A stretch of DNA of 51,625 nt. It comes from Trichosphaerium sp. ATCC 40318 (lineage: Eukaryota > Protista > Tubulinea). Position numbers and translations under genes: made by a program. Under the pieces are notes generated by a model that did not search any database, was not told the origin of the DNA, and saw only the letters and a list, made by a program, of their open reading frames with translations. Positions 1-13,367 of the stretch are shown here, one piece after another; positions within the stretch are counted from its first letter, which is position 1; each line of letters starts with the position of its first letter. The DNA lies in assembly GCA_038496445.1 (NCBI GenBank), contig JALMLS010000029.1:1-51625 (forward strand), written 5' to 3'.

Positions 1-21
1 ACAGAAATAACGTAAAGTCAT
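1..21 (-). CDS. 5' end (start of exon 1) of surface-protein family copy 0; the gene continues off the left edge
   Basis: ATG at 21 reads MTLRYFC. Bases 1-190 align with the 5' regions of copy 1 (3721-3925) and copy 8 (47523 onward). Confidence 0.75.
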
Positions 22-267
22 TTACTACAGCAGGAATAAGCATTATTTGGCGTAATAAAGCTGTTTTGAAAAAGGTAATCTTTTTTTTATAACGCACGTG
101 ATGCTTTCCAAAACTAAACCAAAATAAAAAAGGTGTGATACGTTCTCAGAAGTTTTGTTGGACCTCTCATTGTTTTTAACTGCCCAAAGAACCTCGATCA
201 CGATACTATCACGCTTTGTGTACAAAAAAGTGGAAACAAGAGCGTGGCAGGCTGAGGACATTAGACT

Positions 268-370
268 TCAAGCTAGAATTATGTTTATGGCAGAGATGAC
301 TCCTTGAGGTACTTTTGAGACCTCACCTCCGGAAGTTCAAACGGAGTTTCCACGAGATCGCTCTATCCAC
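268..370 (-). mobile_element. Degenerate non-LTR retrotransposon (LINE) RT fragment
   Basis: Aligns with 6507-6601 and 44710-44770; the minus strand reads ...SKVPQG..., resembling the RT GxPQG motif. Confidence 0.55.
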
Positions 371-1358
371 TTGATAAATACGCTTACGCCTAGAGCGTCT
401 TGTACTTGCCAAATAAAAGTAAATTTACAATTTACGAAAATCGTTAAGAAAGTTCTTCGCTTAAAAATTAACACAGCCTTGCGTAAGCAGTATGAACAAC
501 AGTTTATTGGTTTGTAAGTAGACACCATGTTAAAACACATTTAGGTGGCTTATTATTCGTTGCTTTTGGTAAAATACGTCATTAAAGTGCGTGTCAAGGA
601 GTTTAAGAATTGTTTAAAGCTTCGTCGTCCTTTTTGCCACATTACATTATATCGCTTGAATCTGTCAGCATGCGCGTACTAATACGCGTACAGCGTAGCA
701 TACATACTCTGGATAGAAGTTGCAACAAGTACAACTAAAATACTACATGTGATGTTCAATTATTGTCATCACCCGCAATGTACTACTCACGTGGCATCGA
801 CAGTGTTTAGTAAATGTCATTGTACTAAAAAGTAAAGTGTCCAACAGATGCCATGTAGACTATATTTGATTGCTGGTATGGCTAGGTACCATTAGCGTTG
901 TATCTAAAGTGGACAAAACACGTGGTCAAGTTTCTTTTTGTGGTTCGCTGGTGATTGGGATTTAACTCTACAAGGTATGCTCATGCTAATGTTAGCCTGA
1001 ACTTCATTTTCCGTGTTAACTTTTTCATTACATTAGAGTGCACGCGTCCATTCTACTTTAAAACTGACCCCACTTGTGTCACTCTTCCATGCTATGTGAT
1101 AAGTTTTGTTGTGGCAAAATTGACAAAAAAATTTGATACAGTTACACGCTTCTTTCATGGGTAGTGGACAAAATCTAATTTTCTGTTGTACAAAAGATAA
1201 AAAATGGGGTATCTGACCACAGAGCGAAAGAATACACCAAGTTTTGACATAGCTTTGACATTTGACAAAATTTTTTGACATTTTACATTGCGGAAAAAAG
1301 TCACTTTAATTTGAATGACAGAAGATCGATTGGGTCGATAAGTATTTTACTGTTAGGT

Positions 1359-3741
1359 TCAAACAGAAGATATTTCTACTTCCTTGGTTGTTAAAGTATA
1401 AGGGAAAATGGCTTGTCTCAACTTAGGTACAAAGAAAGCAATAATCAGACCTACAGCAATCTACCATACAAATTTAGTTTGCAAAATAATAAATGACAAC
1501 AAGAAAAAGAATGATGTGCACATACGAACACAAAAATCGGCTATGACACCTAATACCAAACCAACATTTACTGATGCTCCGCTATCACAACTATCAGCTC
1601 TTGATGTGATAACAATTATGCTAACAAAAGTTAGAGATCAGTGCAAAACTAAAAGCATACGATGAAAGAGTCCGCTCAATTCTCGCCAATACACATTCTG
1701 GTGAAAGAACTGTAAAAGTACCATTGATACAGTTACTGTTACTTCGTATTACTTCTCTTCTTGTCTCGCCAACACTTGTTGTGTCATTATCACTTGTGAA
1801 GTCAATGATGAACGTTGTATTCGATGGTATCACAATACATCCTAAACATCAGATTAACCAATAAACGTGTGCTAAATAACTTGTGATACAAGACATACCT
1901 TCAACTTGAAGAAAGCCTCCTGGAGCGATTGTTGCTATCTCTGAGTTTACAAAGTCACCATTTATTATCAAAGGACTAGACAACACTATTTCAGGTGGTA
2001 GACTACCAACTGTTGGTGCAGCTGTAGGTGATACAGTTGTCGGTTCAACTGTTGGTGCTGTTGTAGGCGATATTGTAGTGGTAATGAAAGTTTTGCCTTC
2101 GCAAGTAACTATTCAACATTGTAAGCGAGCAAATATAAATAATTTATACCATTAGCTTGACAATCTACAAAATATGTGGTGATATCAGAGTAGCCACATG
2201 TAAGATTTGTTGGTGTTGAAGGACAATCAAAAACGCTTCCAGTATCTATTTGATAAATTAGTACAATACAATTGCTTGTGCATTACTATTGTTGAGGCTG
2301 TTTTCGAATGTTGTTGTATTTCTAAATACGAAATTAAGTATGCTTGACGTGTAACAATAGAGTACCTTATCATAAAGTTCATATCAGAGCCTATCAATGC
2401 TGGGGATCTTGTAGTTATTGGATTATTTTGTACTTGTTTTCTACGTTGGATCAGTCATCAGTTATTGGCTATTAAATTAAGGAGAACGTTACACGCATAT
2501 AATATTCTCAAATACACAAGAATCTATCACTGCTGATCCACCGTTTGATAGACCACTCAAACCAATGAGCCAACTAATAGGCAATTAACATGATACTTGG
2601 CTAGGCGTGCGTACCAGTACATCTGTCATTGATTGGTTTTTCTTCTTCCACAGTATTATCAATGAAAGTTGAGTTTATTATCTGTACATCAGTTGAATTT
2701 GCGTATAGTACTGAAACATAGTATTCAAATTGTGCTATATATAAATGAGAATATATGAGGACTAAGATTCACATACCACCTCTTGCAAGTACATAATTGT
2801 CCTTGAACAAACAAGAATTGACTGTAACCTAAGTAATAAATGCGTGTGAATAAGTTTAGCTGCTATGCAAAGTCACAAAGTACTCTATCAACAGTTCTGA
2901 ATGTAGCAACAATGCCTATGCTTAAATAGTTACGATCAAACAAAATAACGGGAATCAAATATTACCTCTTCCTGTCATTCTGTGCAGAAGACTTCCTCCT
3001 TTATAATTATGTTGAAAATGACAATTATTCACAGAAACTGTTTCGACTGTTTCTATCCATAGTCCCAAAGCTTCGGCAAATCTTCCTCTGTCATCGTACA
3101 GTTCTTGGAAAAGTGAATTGCGAACAGCAGCATTTCGACTATTTTTCTCATTAATTGTGACAAAATCGAAATAAATCACGTGTACCTGTCAAATATTTGA
3201 ATAGAACTCTCTGTGCCGGTAACTACCATATTCCTACGCAATAGTCAATTGATCGATAAAACTAGACTTGTAATGAATGTACTCTACAGTGACATTTGCG
3301 AACTCGCTCAATCTGATTTTACAACCATCAAACGTAAATCCTGATAATGAGATACTTATGTTTTGAAACCCTATCACCGTTTGCCTTTGAAGTGCGCATG
3401 AAACATTTATGCCTTTATTTAACGCTAAATAATATGTTACAGAAACGTCCAAAAGCGTCAACATACCATAAATGTCTATACTTTCGTTGAGTTGTGCTTG
3501 AAACAAGCCGGCAGAAAAATTTAACCCAGTAGAATTGAGAATAAGCGTGGTTGGTCCTTCGTTCAAGTAGCACCCCATGTCAGTGCCACAATCGTGGTCA
3601 CTTGAAGTTACGACTAAGACATTTGGTAAATATTAATAAAACGTCATATTGCGCTGAATAGGTATTCGTACTTGTGTTACCGTGGGCAGGTGCGGCAAGA
3701 GCAAAAAAGAAAAAGAAAGTACAGAAATAACGCAAAATCAT
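1359..3741 (-). CDS. Multi-exon type-I membrane protein, beta-helix-like ectodomain with PT stalk (family copy 1)
   Basis: Signal peptide MILRYFCTFFFFALAAPAHG; exons such as VTSSDHDCGTDMGCYLNEGPTTLILNSTG, CLFKDNY, STFIDNT and CVFEN; PT stalk; TM helix; tail PKLRQAIFPYTLTTKEVEISSV* with stop at 1359-1361; short GT-AG introns. Confidence 0.85.
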
Positions 3742-3813
3742 TTACTATAGCAGGAATAAGCATTATTTGGCGTAATGAAGCGTTTTTTAAAAGGTAATCT
3801 TTTTTTTAAAAAC

Positions 3814-3821
3814 GCACGTGA
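3814..3821 (-). promoter_or_regulatory. E-box (TCACGTGC on the coding strand) upstream of the family gene; representative of nine such sites
   Basis: CACGTG cores at 95, 3815, 9468, 13121, 21607, 24469, 27871, 38328 and 47617, all with the same orientation relative to their gene. Confidence 0.6.
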
Positions 3822-4239
3822 TGCTTTCCAAAACTATTATCAAAATAAAAAGTGTGATATGTTCTCATTAGTTTTGGTTGGGCCTCTCATTGCTTTTAAC
3901 TGCCCAAAGAACTCTTTATCACGATATCTTGAGTTCACAAGTTATATCACGCTATGTAAACAAAGTGAAACAAGAACATGCCGAGGATAAACGAGAGAAG
4001 AAGAAGAAGGAGTTGATATTTACCCGGGAGACCCATGTTGGCTACCTAAAGAGTCATCTATAAGCAGGGTCGGTTCTCCTGCGATAGTGAAGGTTATGTT
4101 ATACCATTATCATTATGGCGTATGTAATCAGAGTGAATTTGGTGATTCCCAACGCACGTATTGAGTTGAGACGTGTAGTCCGTTTTCTTCACAAAGTGAA
4201 GCTAGTTTTTCAAATAGACTTTTGATTTGCTGTTGTCAT

Positions 4240-4600
4240 TTTCCTTTTTTTGACTATTTCCAAGGTTCCTCAAGACCGTATTTTAACACCTACAATCAAA
4301 AACTCAACTGATCATAATCCCACATCTCAAAATGTTCCTTTGAATATGTTTTAATTGTCTGACGCTGAAGTTTATTCTGAATTAGCTCAAAAGAATACTC
4401 CTGATGGTGTACTTATGTATTCTATGCGACGGTACTTGGGAATGTAGACAAATTTTAGAAAGCTACCAAGTTATTACCTGATGATGCATCAAATAAAATC
4501 CATATATTTGGTAAATGCTTTCACTGGGGCAGTCGTAGAGATTTAGCTTCACTTGTATCTATACGTAGTCGTTCCAAGGTCCTAAAAAATATTATGGCTT
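4240..4600 (-). mobile_element. Possible heavily decayed LINE ORF2 remnant
   Basis: Broken minus-strand peptides (SESIYQIYGFYL, VYIPK, ELIQNKLQR) resemble the YKYLG and downstream thumb motifs of non-LTR RTs; many stops and frameshifts. Confidence 0.3.
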
Positions 4601-5344
4601 TTTTGCTTGATCAAAAAGGTACCTCAAGACTCAATGATGTTTAATGACTTACCATGTTAACTTTTGGGAACGCAAACTCAGTAAGGCTTAACTTCAATCA
4701 ATTTATCGAGCAATACTCTGGCGTACATTCCATCCTTGACCAGTTTGCTGACGGCCTAGCATCTTTTTTTTACTTTTTTTTTTTTATCGCTTTTATATTT
4801 AATACTGTCCCTTCTTCCTTCTTTCTTCTAAGAACATGCTTAGTTTGGTAATGTATACAATATTTATAACAAAGATAACCAGTAGGAGAAATCCGAGTTA
4901 AGGAATGCCTCTGAATTGACTGACAACGTCTTGAGAAGCTTAGCACTTGATTTTCGTAACTTTTCAAGCCTTGATCTTGCAAACACAAATACTACTGAAG
5001 GCATGTGAAATAATTTATACTTTAATGAAGTGTAAATAACACAGTACATTACAGGGCGTAAAGTATCTTGCAGAGCCTTTAAAACGAGATTGATGTACAT
5101 TAACCTCAAAGGTTGCAAGAAACTTGGGATTCAATCCTTACTTGCTCTTGCATTCAATTGCCCTATTTTACCATTCCTAGGCTGTTTAGTCGTACGTCAT
5201 AGCAACTTACTCACAGATTGTCGCCTTTTTTAAATAACATATTTTATACAGACGTTACCACTGAGGACTTGGTACTTTGGTGAAGGAATTCGGTGGAGAA
5301 TTGGTTTTCGTTGATTTATATTAGCATGAGTGAGGCAAAACACC

Positions 5345-5670
5345 AGAAAAAGAAGTTATTGTTTAGTTGCACGTTTTGCGAACCAAACATTGTAGATAAG
5401 GTTCCTATGAGTGAAAATAGGTATCAAAAGCGTTTGTGAGCGTTTTAAGATGTGCATTATCTCTTTTTGAGTAATTACAATAGAATTTCAGTGAAGAGGA
5501 ACAATGCAACAACCCAAAAAAGAAGTTCTCGGTTACTAACATGTTTTTTGAACCAAAACTTTGCTGCAATGGTTTCCAAGTGTTCCAATAGCGTGCGCAA
5601 GCCTTTAATAGCGTTTTGAAATGTGCATTATCCATATTTGAGTAATTACAATAGAATTTTCAGTGAAGTG
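5345..5670. repeat. Imperfect tandem duplication with a unit of about 170 bp
   Basis: ATGTGCATTATC...TTTGAGTAATTACAATAGAATTT(T)CAGTGAAG occurs at about 5450-5497 and 5622-5669; a related sequence lies at 43860-43925. Confidence 0.7.
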
Positions 5671-6269
5671 CGCTCTGTATCCCACAATTTATTTCTGAGT
5701 AGTTTTTATGGGTATAAAATGAAACGAAAATAGTTTGAAAATTGTAGTAGTTGCAGTGTGTGCACCACGCGTGGGGCTTCCTAGCCATTTGGTCGAAAAT
5801 ATTTAAGGGAGTCCTCCGTCTAGCTTAGTGGGTGTATGCATTGCGAGGTGGAGTTGTTAAAGTTCCATCTTAATCCGACGTAGTGTGAAAGCTTGAATCG
5901 TTACATTAGCCAGCATGTCCTCGTAAGTAGCACGTAATTAACTTAGGAACTCGGTCTGGGCCAAGAAAATTATAAGGTCCGATACAGAGGTGAGTTCTGC
6001 CGTTAGGGAAAAGCTCTATATAAACTTTGACTAGGTGCTGCAAAGCATCCTACGATCGTTCTTTTGTTGCTAGGTTATATTATCTTTACTGCTTAATCTA
6101 AAACAATTTTTACGATCCATTAAGTGCAACTATTTTGTGATAATAACTGGAAATGTTTGGTAATTTCTTGATTTATTTTGTGCAAGTTCATTTTACAATT
6201 TCTAACTCAATGACACAACTCTTCTTCCTGTACATTTCTTAATTAGTTCGCGGTCTATTCTTGCGTTTA

Positions 6270-6635
6270 ATAAAACACCGAGTACAAAGACTATATCCTA
6301 TTGAACGCGACAGCAATATCGAGAATAAAAACAAAACTTATTTTCCTAAATTCTATGTCAAAACCTTGTTGTTTAGGGCGTAATTAAGAGCCCAGTATTC
6401 GACTCCCTAACAATTGTTCCCAGTTGAAGACAGAGTCATGCCTTAGAGAAATCTATGTAAATTGCAAAGATATCTTTGTTGTTTGCTTCAGCATTTTCAA
6501 TGATACGAAGCTAGAATTATGGCGGAACTGATTCCTTGAGGTAATTTTGAGACCTCACTTCCGGAGGGTCTAACGGAGTTTCCACGACATCGCTCTATCC
6601 ACAGCCGAGCTCTTCGCCACTTACCAAATTTTCGC
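6270..6635 (-). mobile_element. Degenerate LINE reverse-transcriptase fragment
   Basis: Homologous to 44240-44790; the minus strand encodes IFAIYIDFSKA* and KLPQG. Confidence 0.7.
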
Positions 6636-6866
6636 ATAAATTCCATTGTTAGTTTATTTGTTACAAGGGTTTGAAAAAACGGTTGGATGCGCAACAAATT
6701 ACCACGTGACAGTGTAAATGATATTTGCAAGTTCTGTAAGCTTGTCTGTATAGACAACACAAAAACCCATTAATTTACAAACACATTGATCTAGAATTGA
6801 CAAAAACTTGCAAAAAGTCACTTTAAGTTAACTTGAATGATTGATGATAAGTATTTACTGTTAGGT

Positions 6867-9286
6867 TCAAACAGAAGATATTCGTACTTCCTTGGTTGTT
6901 AAAGTATAAGGGAAAATGGCTTGTCTCAACTTAGGTACAAAGAAAGCAATAATCAGACCAACCGCAATCTACCATACAAATTTAGTTTGAGAAAAATAAA
7001 TGAAAACAAGGAAAAAGAAATGTCTTCACATACAAACACAAGAATGCCTAATGTGACACCTAACACCAAACCAACATTTACTGATGCTGATGCTCCATCA
7101 TCACAACTATCAGATCTTGATGTGATAACAATTACACTAACAAAAGTTAGATATCAGTGCAAAGATAAAAAGCATACGATGAAAGAGTCTGCTCAATTCT
7201 CGCCAATACACATTCTGGTGATACTAATGTAAAAGTACCATTGATACAGTTGCTGTTGCTTCGTATTACTTCTCTTCTTGTCTCGCCAACACTTGTGTTA
7301 TTATCACTTGTGAAGTCAATGATGAACGTTGTATTTGATGGTATCACAATACATCCTAAACATTGGATTAACCAATAAACGTGTTCTAAATACCTTGTGA
7401 TACAAGACATACCTTCAACTTGAAGAAAGCCTCCTGGAGCAATTGTTGCTATCTCTGAGTTTACAAAGTCACCATTTATTGTCAAAGGACTAGACAACAC
7501 TATTTCAGGTGGTAGACTACCAACTGTAGGTGATGCAGTTGTTGGTTCAACTGTTGGTGCAGTTGTAGGCGATATTGTGGTTGGTGGTATTGTTGGAGGA
7601 ATGAAAGTTTTGCCTTCGCAAGTAACTATTCAACACTGTAAGTGAGTAAATACATAATACTGTGTACCATTAGTTTGACAATCTACAAAATATGTGGTGA
7701 TATCAGAGTAGCCACATGTAAGATTTGTTGGTGTTGAAGGACAATCAAAAACGCTTCCAGTATCTATTTGATAAATTAGTACAATACAATTGCTTGTGCA
7801 TTACTATTGTTGAGGCTGTTTTCGAATGTTGTTGTATTTCTAAACATGACATTTAGTTTGCTTGCTGTGTTGGAAATAACATATTAGTTAGTGTACCTGA
7901 TTGTAATGTCCATGGAAGACCCGATCAATGCAGGGGATGTTATAGTTATTGAATTATTTTTTCTAGAAGTTGAATCAGGTATTTACTATTATATTTAGGC
8001 AGAACGTTACACGCATGTAATATTCTCAAATACACAAGAATCTATCACTGCTGATCCACCGTTTGATAGACCACGCAAGACCAATGAGCCAACTATAACC
8101 AGCAATTAATATGATACTTGGCTAGAACATGTGTACCAGTACATCTGTCCTCGATTCTTGGTATTTCTTCTTTCACAGTATTATCAATAAAAGTTGAGTT
8201 CAATATCTGTACATCAATTGAATTTGCGTATAGTACTGAAATATAGTAATCAGAGTTTGCTATATACAAATGAGAATATATGAGGACTACGATCTGCATA
8301 CCAGAACGGTTTGCAAGTACGTAATTGTCTTTGAACAAACAAGAGTTGATTGTAACCTAAATAAATGCATGTGTAAATATTTAGCCTGTAGTACAAAGTC
8401 ACAAATTACTCTATCAACAGCTCTGAATGTAGCAACAATTCCTATGTTTAAATAGTTACAATCAAACAAAATAAGGGAATCGAATATTACCTCTCCCTGT
8501 CATTCTATCGACAAAAAGCCCTCCCCTAAAATTATGTTGAAAATGACAATTATTCACAGAAACTGTTTCGACTGTTTCAATCCATAATCCCAAAGGATGG
8601 GCAAATCCTGTCTCATCGAACAGTTCATGGAAAAGTGAATTGCGAACAGCAACATTTTGGCTATATTTCTCATTAATTGTGACAAAATCGAAATAAATCA
8701 CGTGTACCTGTCAAATATTTGAATAGAACTCTCATTGCCTGTAACTACCATATTCCTACGCAATAGTCAATTGATCAATAAACTAGACTTGTAATGAATG
8801 TACTCTACAGTGACATTTGTGAACTCGCTCAATCGGATTTTACAATCATCAAACGTAAATCCTGATAACGAGATGCAAATGTTGTTATTCCCGTTCACCG
8901 CCTGCTCCTGTTCAAGTGTTTGAATTGCGCACGAAACAGTTATGCCTTTACTTAACGCTAAATAATTTGTTACAAAACCTTTCAACAGCGCCAACATACC
9001 ATAAATATCTATACTTTCGGAAAGTTGGGCTTGAAACATGCTGCTAGGAAAATTTAATCCAGTAGAATTGAGAATAAGCGTGGTTGGTCCTTCGTTCAAG
9101 TAGCACTCCATATCAGTGCCACAAACGTGGTCACTTGAAGTTACAACTAAGACATAAAAATTAACAAACCTTGTCGCGTCATATCGCAATCGCACTATCG
9201 CGATGAATAATATTCGTACTTGTGTTACCGTGGGTACGTGCGGCAAGAGTTAAAAACAAAAAGGCAGCACAGAAATACAAACTCAT
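6867..9286 (-). CDS. Surface-protein family copy 2
   Basis: Starts MSLYFCAAFLFLTLAARTHGNT; colinear with copy 1 exon by exon; ends KEVRISSV* with stop at 6867-6869. Confidence 0.85.
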
Positions 9287-9332
9287 TACCTACAGCAAGC
9301 ATAAGTATTATTGGCGCGTAAGAAGGGTTTTT

Positions 9333-9395
9333 TTAAGGCGTAGGTGCGGCAAGAACAAAAAAGAAAAAGAAAGTACAGAAATAACGTAAAGTCAT
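9333..9395 (-). other. Duplicated, truncated exon 1 forming a 20-codon upstream ORF ahead of copy 2
   Basis: ATG at 9395 reads MTLRYFCTFFFFVLAAPTP-like signal-peptide sequence ending in TAA at 9333-9335; nearly identical to exon 1 of copies 0 and 1. Confidence 0.7.
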
Positions 9396-10640
9396 TTACT
9401 ATACAAGGAATAAGCAGTATTGGGCGTAATGAAGCGTTTTTTAGAAGGTAAATTTCTTTTTGAAACGCACGTGATGCTTTCCAAAACTATTATCAAAATA
9501 AAATTAAAATGTGCAATATGTTTTTGTCACCTCTCATTTGCTTTTAACTGCCCATAGAGGCTTTATCACGACATTTAGCGGATAAATTATAACACTCTTT
9601 TGTGTACCAAAAGTAAATTTGAACGTGAACAATCCGCACGCCAAAAGAACGTCACTGGTTGAAAATTACAGATCACTCACATTAAAATGTGGGCCTTACC
9701 GGAAAGTATTATGGAAACTTGCCATGTTGAACTACTTGAAGAAACCCATTTTGGGTTTTCTAGATTTTCTTTTATTGTTAATGTACTGTTAGTCGTCGAT
9801 ATTATGGCAAAAAAGCTTGAAGAGTACAGATGCTGATATCACGATTGGTCACTGCAACCATAGCAAACTTATTACGTAAATGTTAGTTATTTTAATCTCA
9901 AAATATTCTGTTTTTTGTAACATTTTTTTTTCTAGATTTGTTTATCTTGGCGTCAGAATCACACATACAAAAGCTTGTTGCTGAGTTTGAGAAATACGAT
10001 ATCCTGTATCATATTTGGTATCATAAATATGTACGCTAACTATGTGTATTGTCGGTTTTTATCAGCTTGTGCTCCTTGAGCACTTGCTCATGATGCCTCA
10101 GTCTCGCCAACCGTATAACAAGCTCCGTTTATATGGGAACAGAAGTTACATACACTGTACAACAGTTTTAGGCTGAAAATGTAAATTGCTATCTAAAATC
10201 AAGCAACAATACTCTAGACGCCGCTGCTTACGCGTAGAGAGTGTGTAGGTATCTACAAACCGCTGTTTAAAACAAAACGGCAATAAAAAGGTAAAACTCC
10301 CTAAACTCCCTCAATTATATTCTACCACGCATATTTAAACCCTATTCTTTATGTTACAGCTATTTGGACCGCCCTAGCCTTTAATGGTTACAAGATAAAA
10401 TTCCACATATAGAAAACTCATGAACTGTAACAAAAAGTAGTCATGCACATAAACAAGCATGCTTGTACTTAAATAAACAAAACGATCATTGGGTTTTTTA
10501 ATCACGTGGGTTACGCTTTCGTAATTATGTTGCTGAAATTTTGAGGCTTGACCTCAGCCTTCTCTTGACAAGGCTAAACAAATAAATTGCACTGTGAGTA
10601 ACAAACTTATTCTCAGATATGACAGTATGTTGTTACAGTA

Positions 10641-13036
10641 TTAGCTTGGAGTAGAAGAGACTTCTAGTTCCTTGGTTCGTAAAGTATAAGGGAAAATAGC
10701 ATGCCTCGACTTAGGTACAAAGAAAGCAATAATCAGAGCTGCAGCAATCTACCATAGAAATTAAGTTGTGCGAAAAATACTGCGATAAAGCAATAAGGAG
10801 ACATACCAGAAAAAGAATACCAAATATAACCCCTAAAACAATACCAATATAGGCTGTTCCGGATGCAGCATCACAACTATCAGACATTGATGTAATTACA
10901 AATATGCTAGATGCAAAAGTAAGGAGTTTGGTATGTAAAGGTTAATGAAGCATACGATGAGAGAGTCTGCTCAATTCTCGCCAATACACATTCTGGTGAT
11001 ACTAATGTAAAAGTACCATTGATACAGTTGCTATTGCTTCGTATTACTTCTCTTCTTGTCTCACCAATACCTGTTGTGTTATCACGTGTGAGGTCAATGA
11101 TGAACGTTGTATTTGATGGTATCACAATACATCCTAAACATTGGATTTAAGCAATAAGCGTGTGCTAAATAACTTGTGATACAAGACATACCTTCAACTT
11201 GAAGAAAGCCTCCTGGAGTAATTGTTGCTATCTCTGAGTTAACAAAGTCACCATTTATTGTCAAAGGACTAGACAACACTATTTCAGGTGGTAGACTACC
11301 CACTGTTGGTGCAGCTGTAGGTGATACAGTTGTTGGTTCGAATGTTGGTGTGGTTGTCGGTTCAACAGTTGGTGTTAATGTAGGAGCAGTTGGTGGCATT
11401 GTTGTAGGAATAAAAGTTTTGCCTTCGCAAGTAACTATTCAACACTGTAAGAGCAAATACAAAATACTGTGTACCATTAGTTTGGCAATCTACAAAATAC
11501 GTGGTGATATCAGAGTAGCCACATGTGAAATTGGTTGGTGTTGAAGGACAATCAAACACGCTTCCAGTATCTATTTCATAAATTAGTACAATACAATTCC
11601 GTGTACAATTACTATACCATCGTTGGTTTTTTCGAACGTTGTTGTATTTCTAAACACGAAATTTAGTATGCTTGATGCGTAGGTAACAATAGAAGTAGTT
11701 TACCGAATTGTAATGTTCATAGAAGACCCAATCAATGCAGGAGAGTTTATAGTTCTTGTATCATTTTGTATTTTGCTAAGCAGGAATCAGATGTCTGCTA
11801 GTAAAATTAAGGAGAACGTTACACGCATGTAATATTCTCAAATACACAAGAATCTATCACTGCAGATCCACCGACAAAAACCAAAGCTCCAGCTATACAT
11901 GAGATTAATATGACGCTTGGCTAGTGCACGTGTACCGAAACATCGGTCCTCTGTTGCGTTGCTTTCTTGCACGCTGTTCCCAATAAATGATGTGCTGAAT
12001 AGCTGTACATCAGTTGAATTTATGTATACTACTGATGTGGGTTGTATATTTGTTGCTGCAAACAAATTAGTTCGGAATAAGTTTCATTAATGATGAGTAC
12101 AATCTGTCGCAACAACTGAATTGCTTGCAAAGAAGCAAGAAGCAATTACAACCTTAAAATCAGATCAGATTGTAGAAACCTAAGTTCACATGCGCACCTT
12201 ATCAACACTGATGAACGTAGCAACCATTCCTATGTTCAACAATTATGTGATCACAAATTGCAATGTTTGCCGAGTATTACCTTTCCCTTGCAACGATGAC
12301 AGACGAGATCCTCTTCTGTTATTAAGTGCAAAGCCACAGCCATTGACAGATACTGTATCGGCTGTTTCAATCCATAATCCCAAAGGCTCTCCAAATCTTG
12401 AAAAGTCTTCCATCTCTTGAAAAAATGAATTGTGTACAGCAACATTGCGACTATTTTCATGTTTAGAAGGCATATAGAAATACAACACGTTACCTTTCAA
12501 TTACGTTCATAGACACTCTATTGCCTGTAACTGTTATGCTTCTAAGAAATCGTAAATTGAAAGTACAAACACGTGTAATGTACGCACTCAATAGTAACAT
12601 TTGCAAAGTCCATCAAGATGAATCTACAGCCACGGTTTGTGAATCCTGATAGCGAGATACTTATGTTTTGATAACCTTTCACCTGTGTACTAATAGATGC
12701 GCATGATACTTCTGTATTGATAGACAATCCTAAACAAAACAGTTAGCAACATTCTCAAAAGCATTGTCAAACTTACCGTAGATATTTATACTAGTATTAA
12801 GTTGGTTAACGCCATTTGTAGGAAAAGTTAATCCGGTAGAATTGAGAATAAGCGTGGTTGGCCCTTCGTTCAAGTAGCACTCCATGTCAGTGCCACAAAC
12901 GTGTTCACTTGAAGTTACGACTAAGACATAAAAATTAACAAACCTTGTCGCGTCTAATAATACTCATACTAGTGTTAGCCTTGATTGTAACCGCGAATGA
13001 AGCCATTAAAAAAACTGCGAAATAAAGTGACTTCAT
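10641..13036 (-). CDS. Surface-protein family copy 3
   Basis: Starts MKSLYFAVFLMASFAVTIKANT; same exon series; longer PT stalk than copies 1, 2 and 8; ends KELEVSSTPS* with stop at 10641-10643. Confidence 0.85.
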
Positions 13037-13184
13037 CTCCCTAAACAAGTATCAAATTATGTTTATGGTAACGCTTACAACAGGTATTAATTTTCAAAGG
13101 AAATTTAAGTGTATCAAACGCACGTGATTGAAATGAAAGATGTGGGATGTGATCTTTTCTCACATTTATTTTTCACGTAAATAA

Positions 13185-13340
13185 ACAAGTGCCACACGTG
13201 TCCGCTTTAAGTTATGACATGATAGGAATAAAATTAACTCTTCATCCGATCAATTAAGTCCAACAATTTGTACTTGTTTTACCGTGAGTTATGACGGCAC
13301 ATGCTAAAATCAACAACAAAGAGCAGTGCAGCAGAAAAAA
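13185..13340 (-). pseudogene. Remnant of exon 1, intron 1 and the start of exon 2 of a family copy
   Basis: Aligns with 24165-24310 of copy 5; has no start codon and no downstream exons. Confidence 0.65.
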
Positions 13341-13367
13341 AGTGTTCTAGTGAGACAAAGGCAAGCG

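Larger units (their letters stand above)
6270..10512. repeat. Segmental duplication unit of about 4.2 kb (LINE relic, family gene, upstream region); the other copy is at about 44240-48512
   Basis: 6270-6860 matches 44240-45120, 9390-9690 matches 47540-47865, and 10068-10512 matches 48043-48512, all in the same orientation. Confidence 0.8.

Noticed and set aside
1359-1375. PDZ-binding C-terminus (-SSV) in copies 1, 2 and 8
   Set aside because: Not conserved in the other copies, and too short to support alone.
1359-3741. Alternative genetic code or widespread pseudogenisation to explain the fragmented ORFs
   Set aside because: Where checked, stops fall in short GT-AG introns and the exons join in frame; the intronless genes read normally in the standard code.
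5815-5870. Second SINE or tRNA head (TAGCTTAGTGG)
   Set aside because: A-box-like only; no clear B box, tail or TSD.
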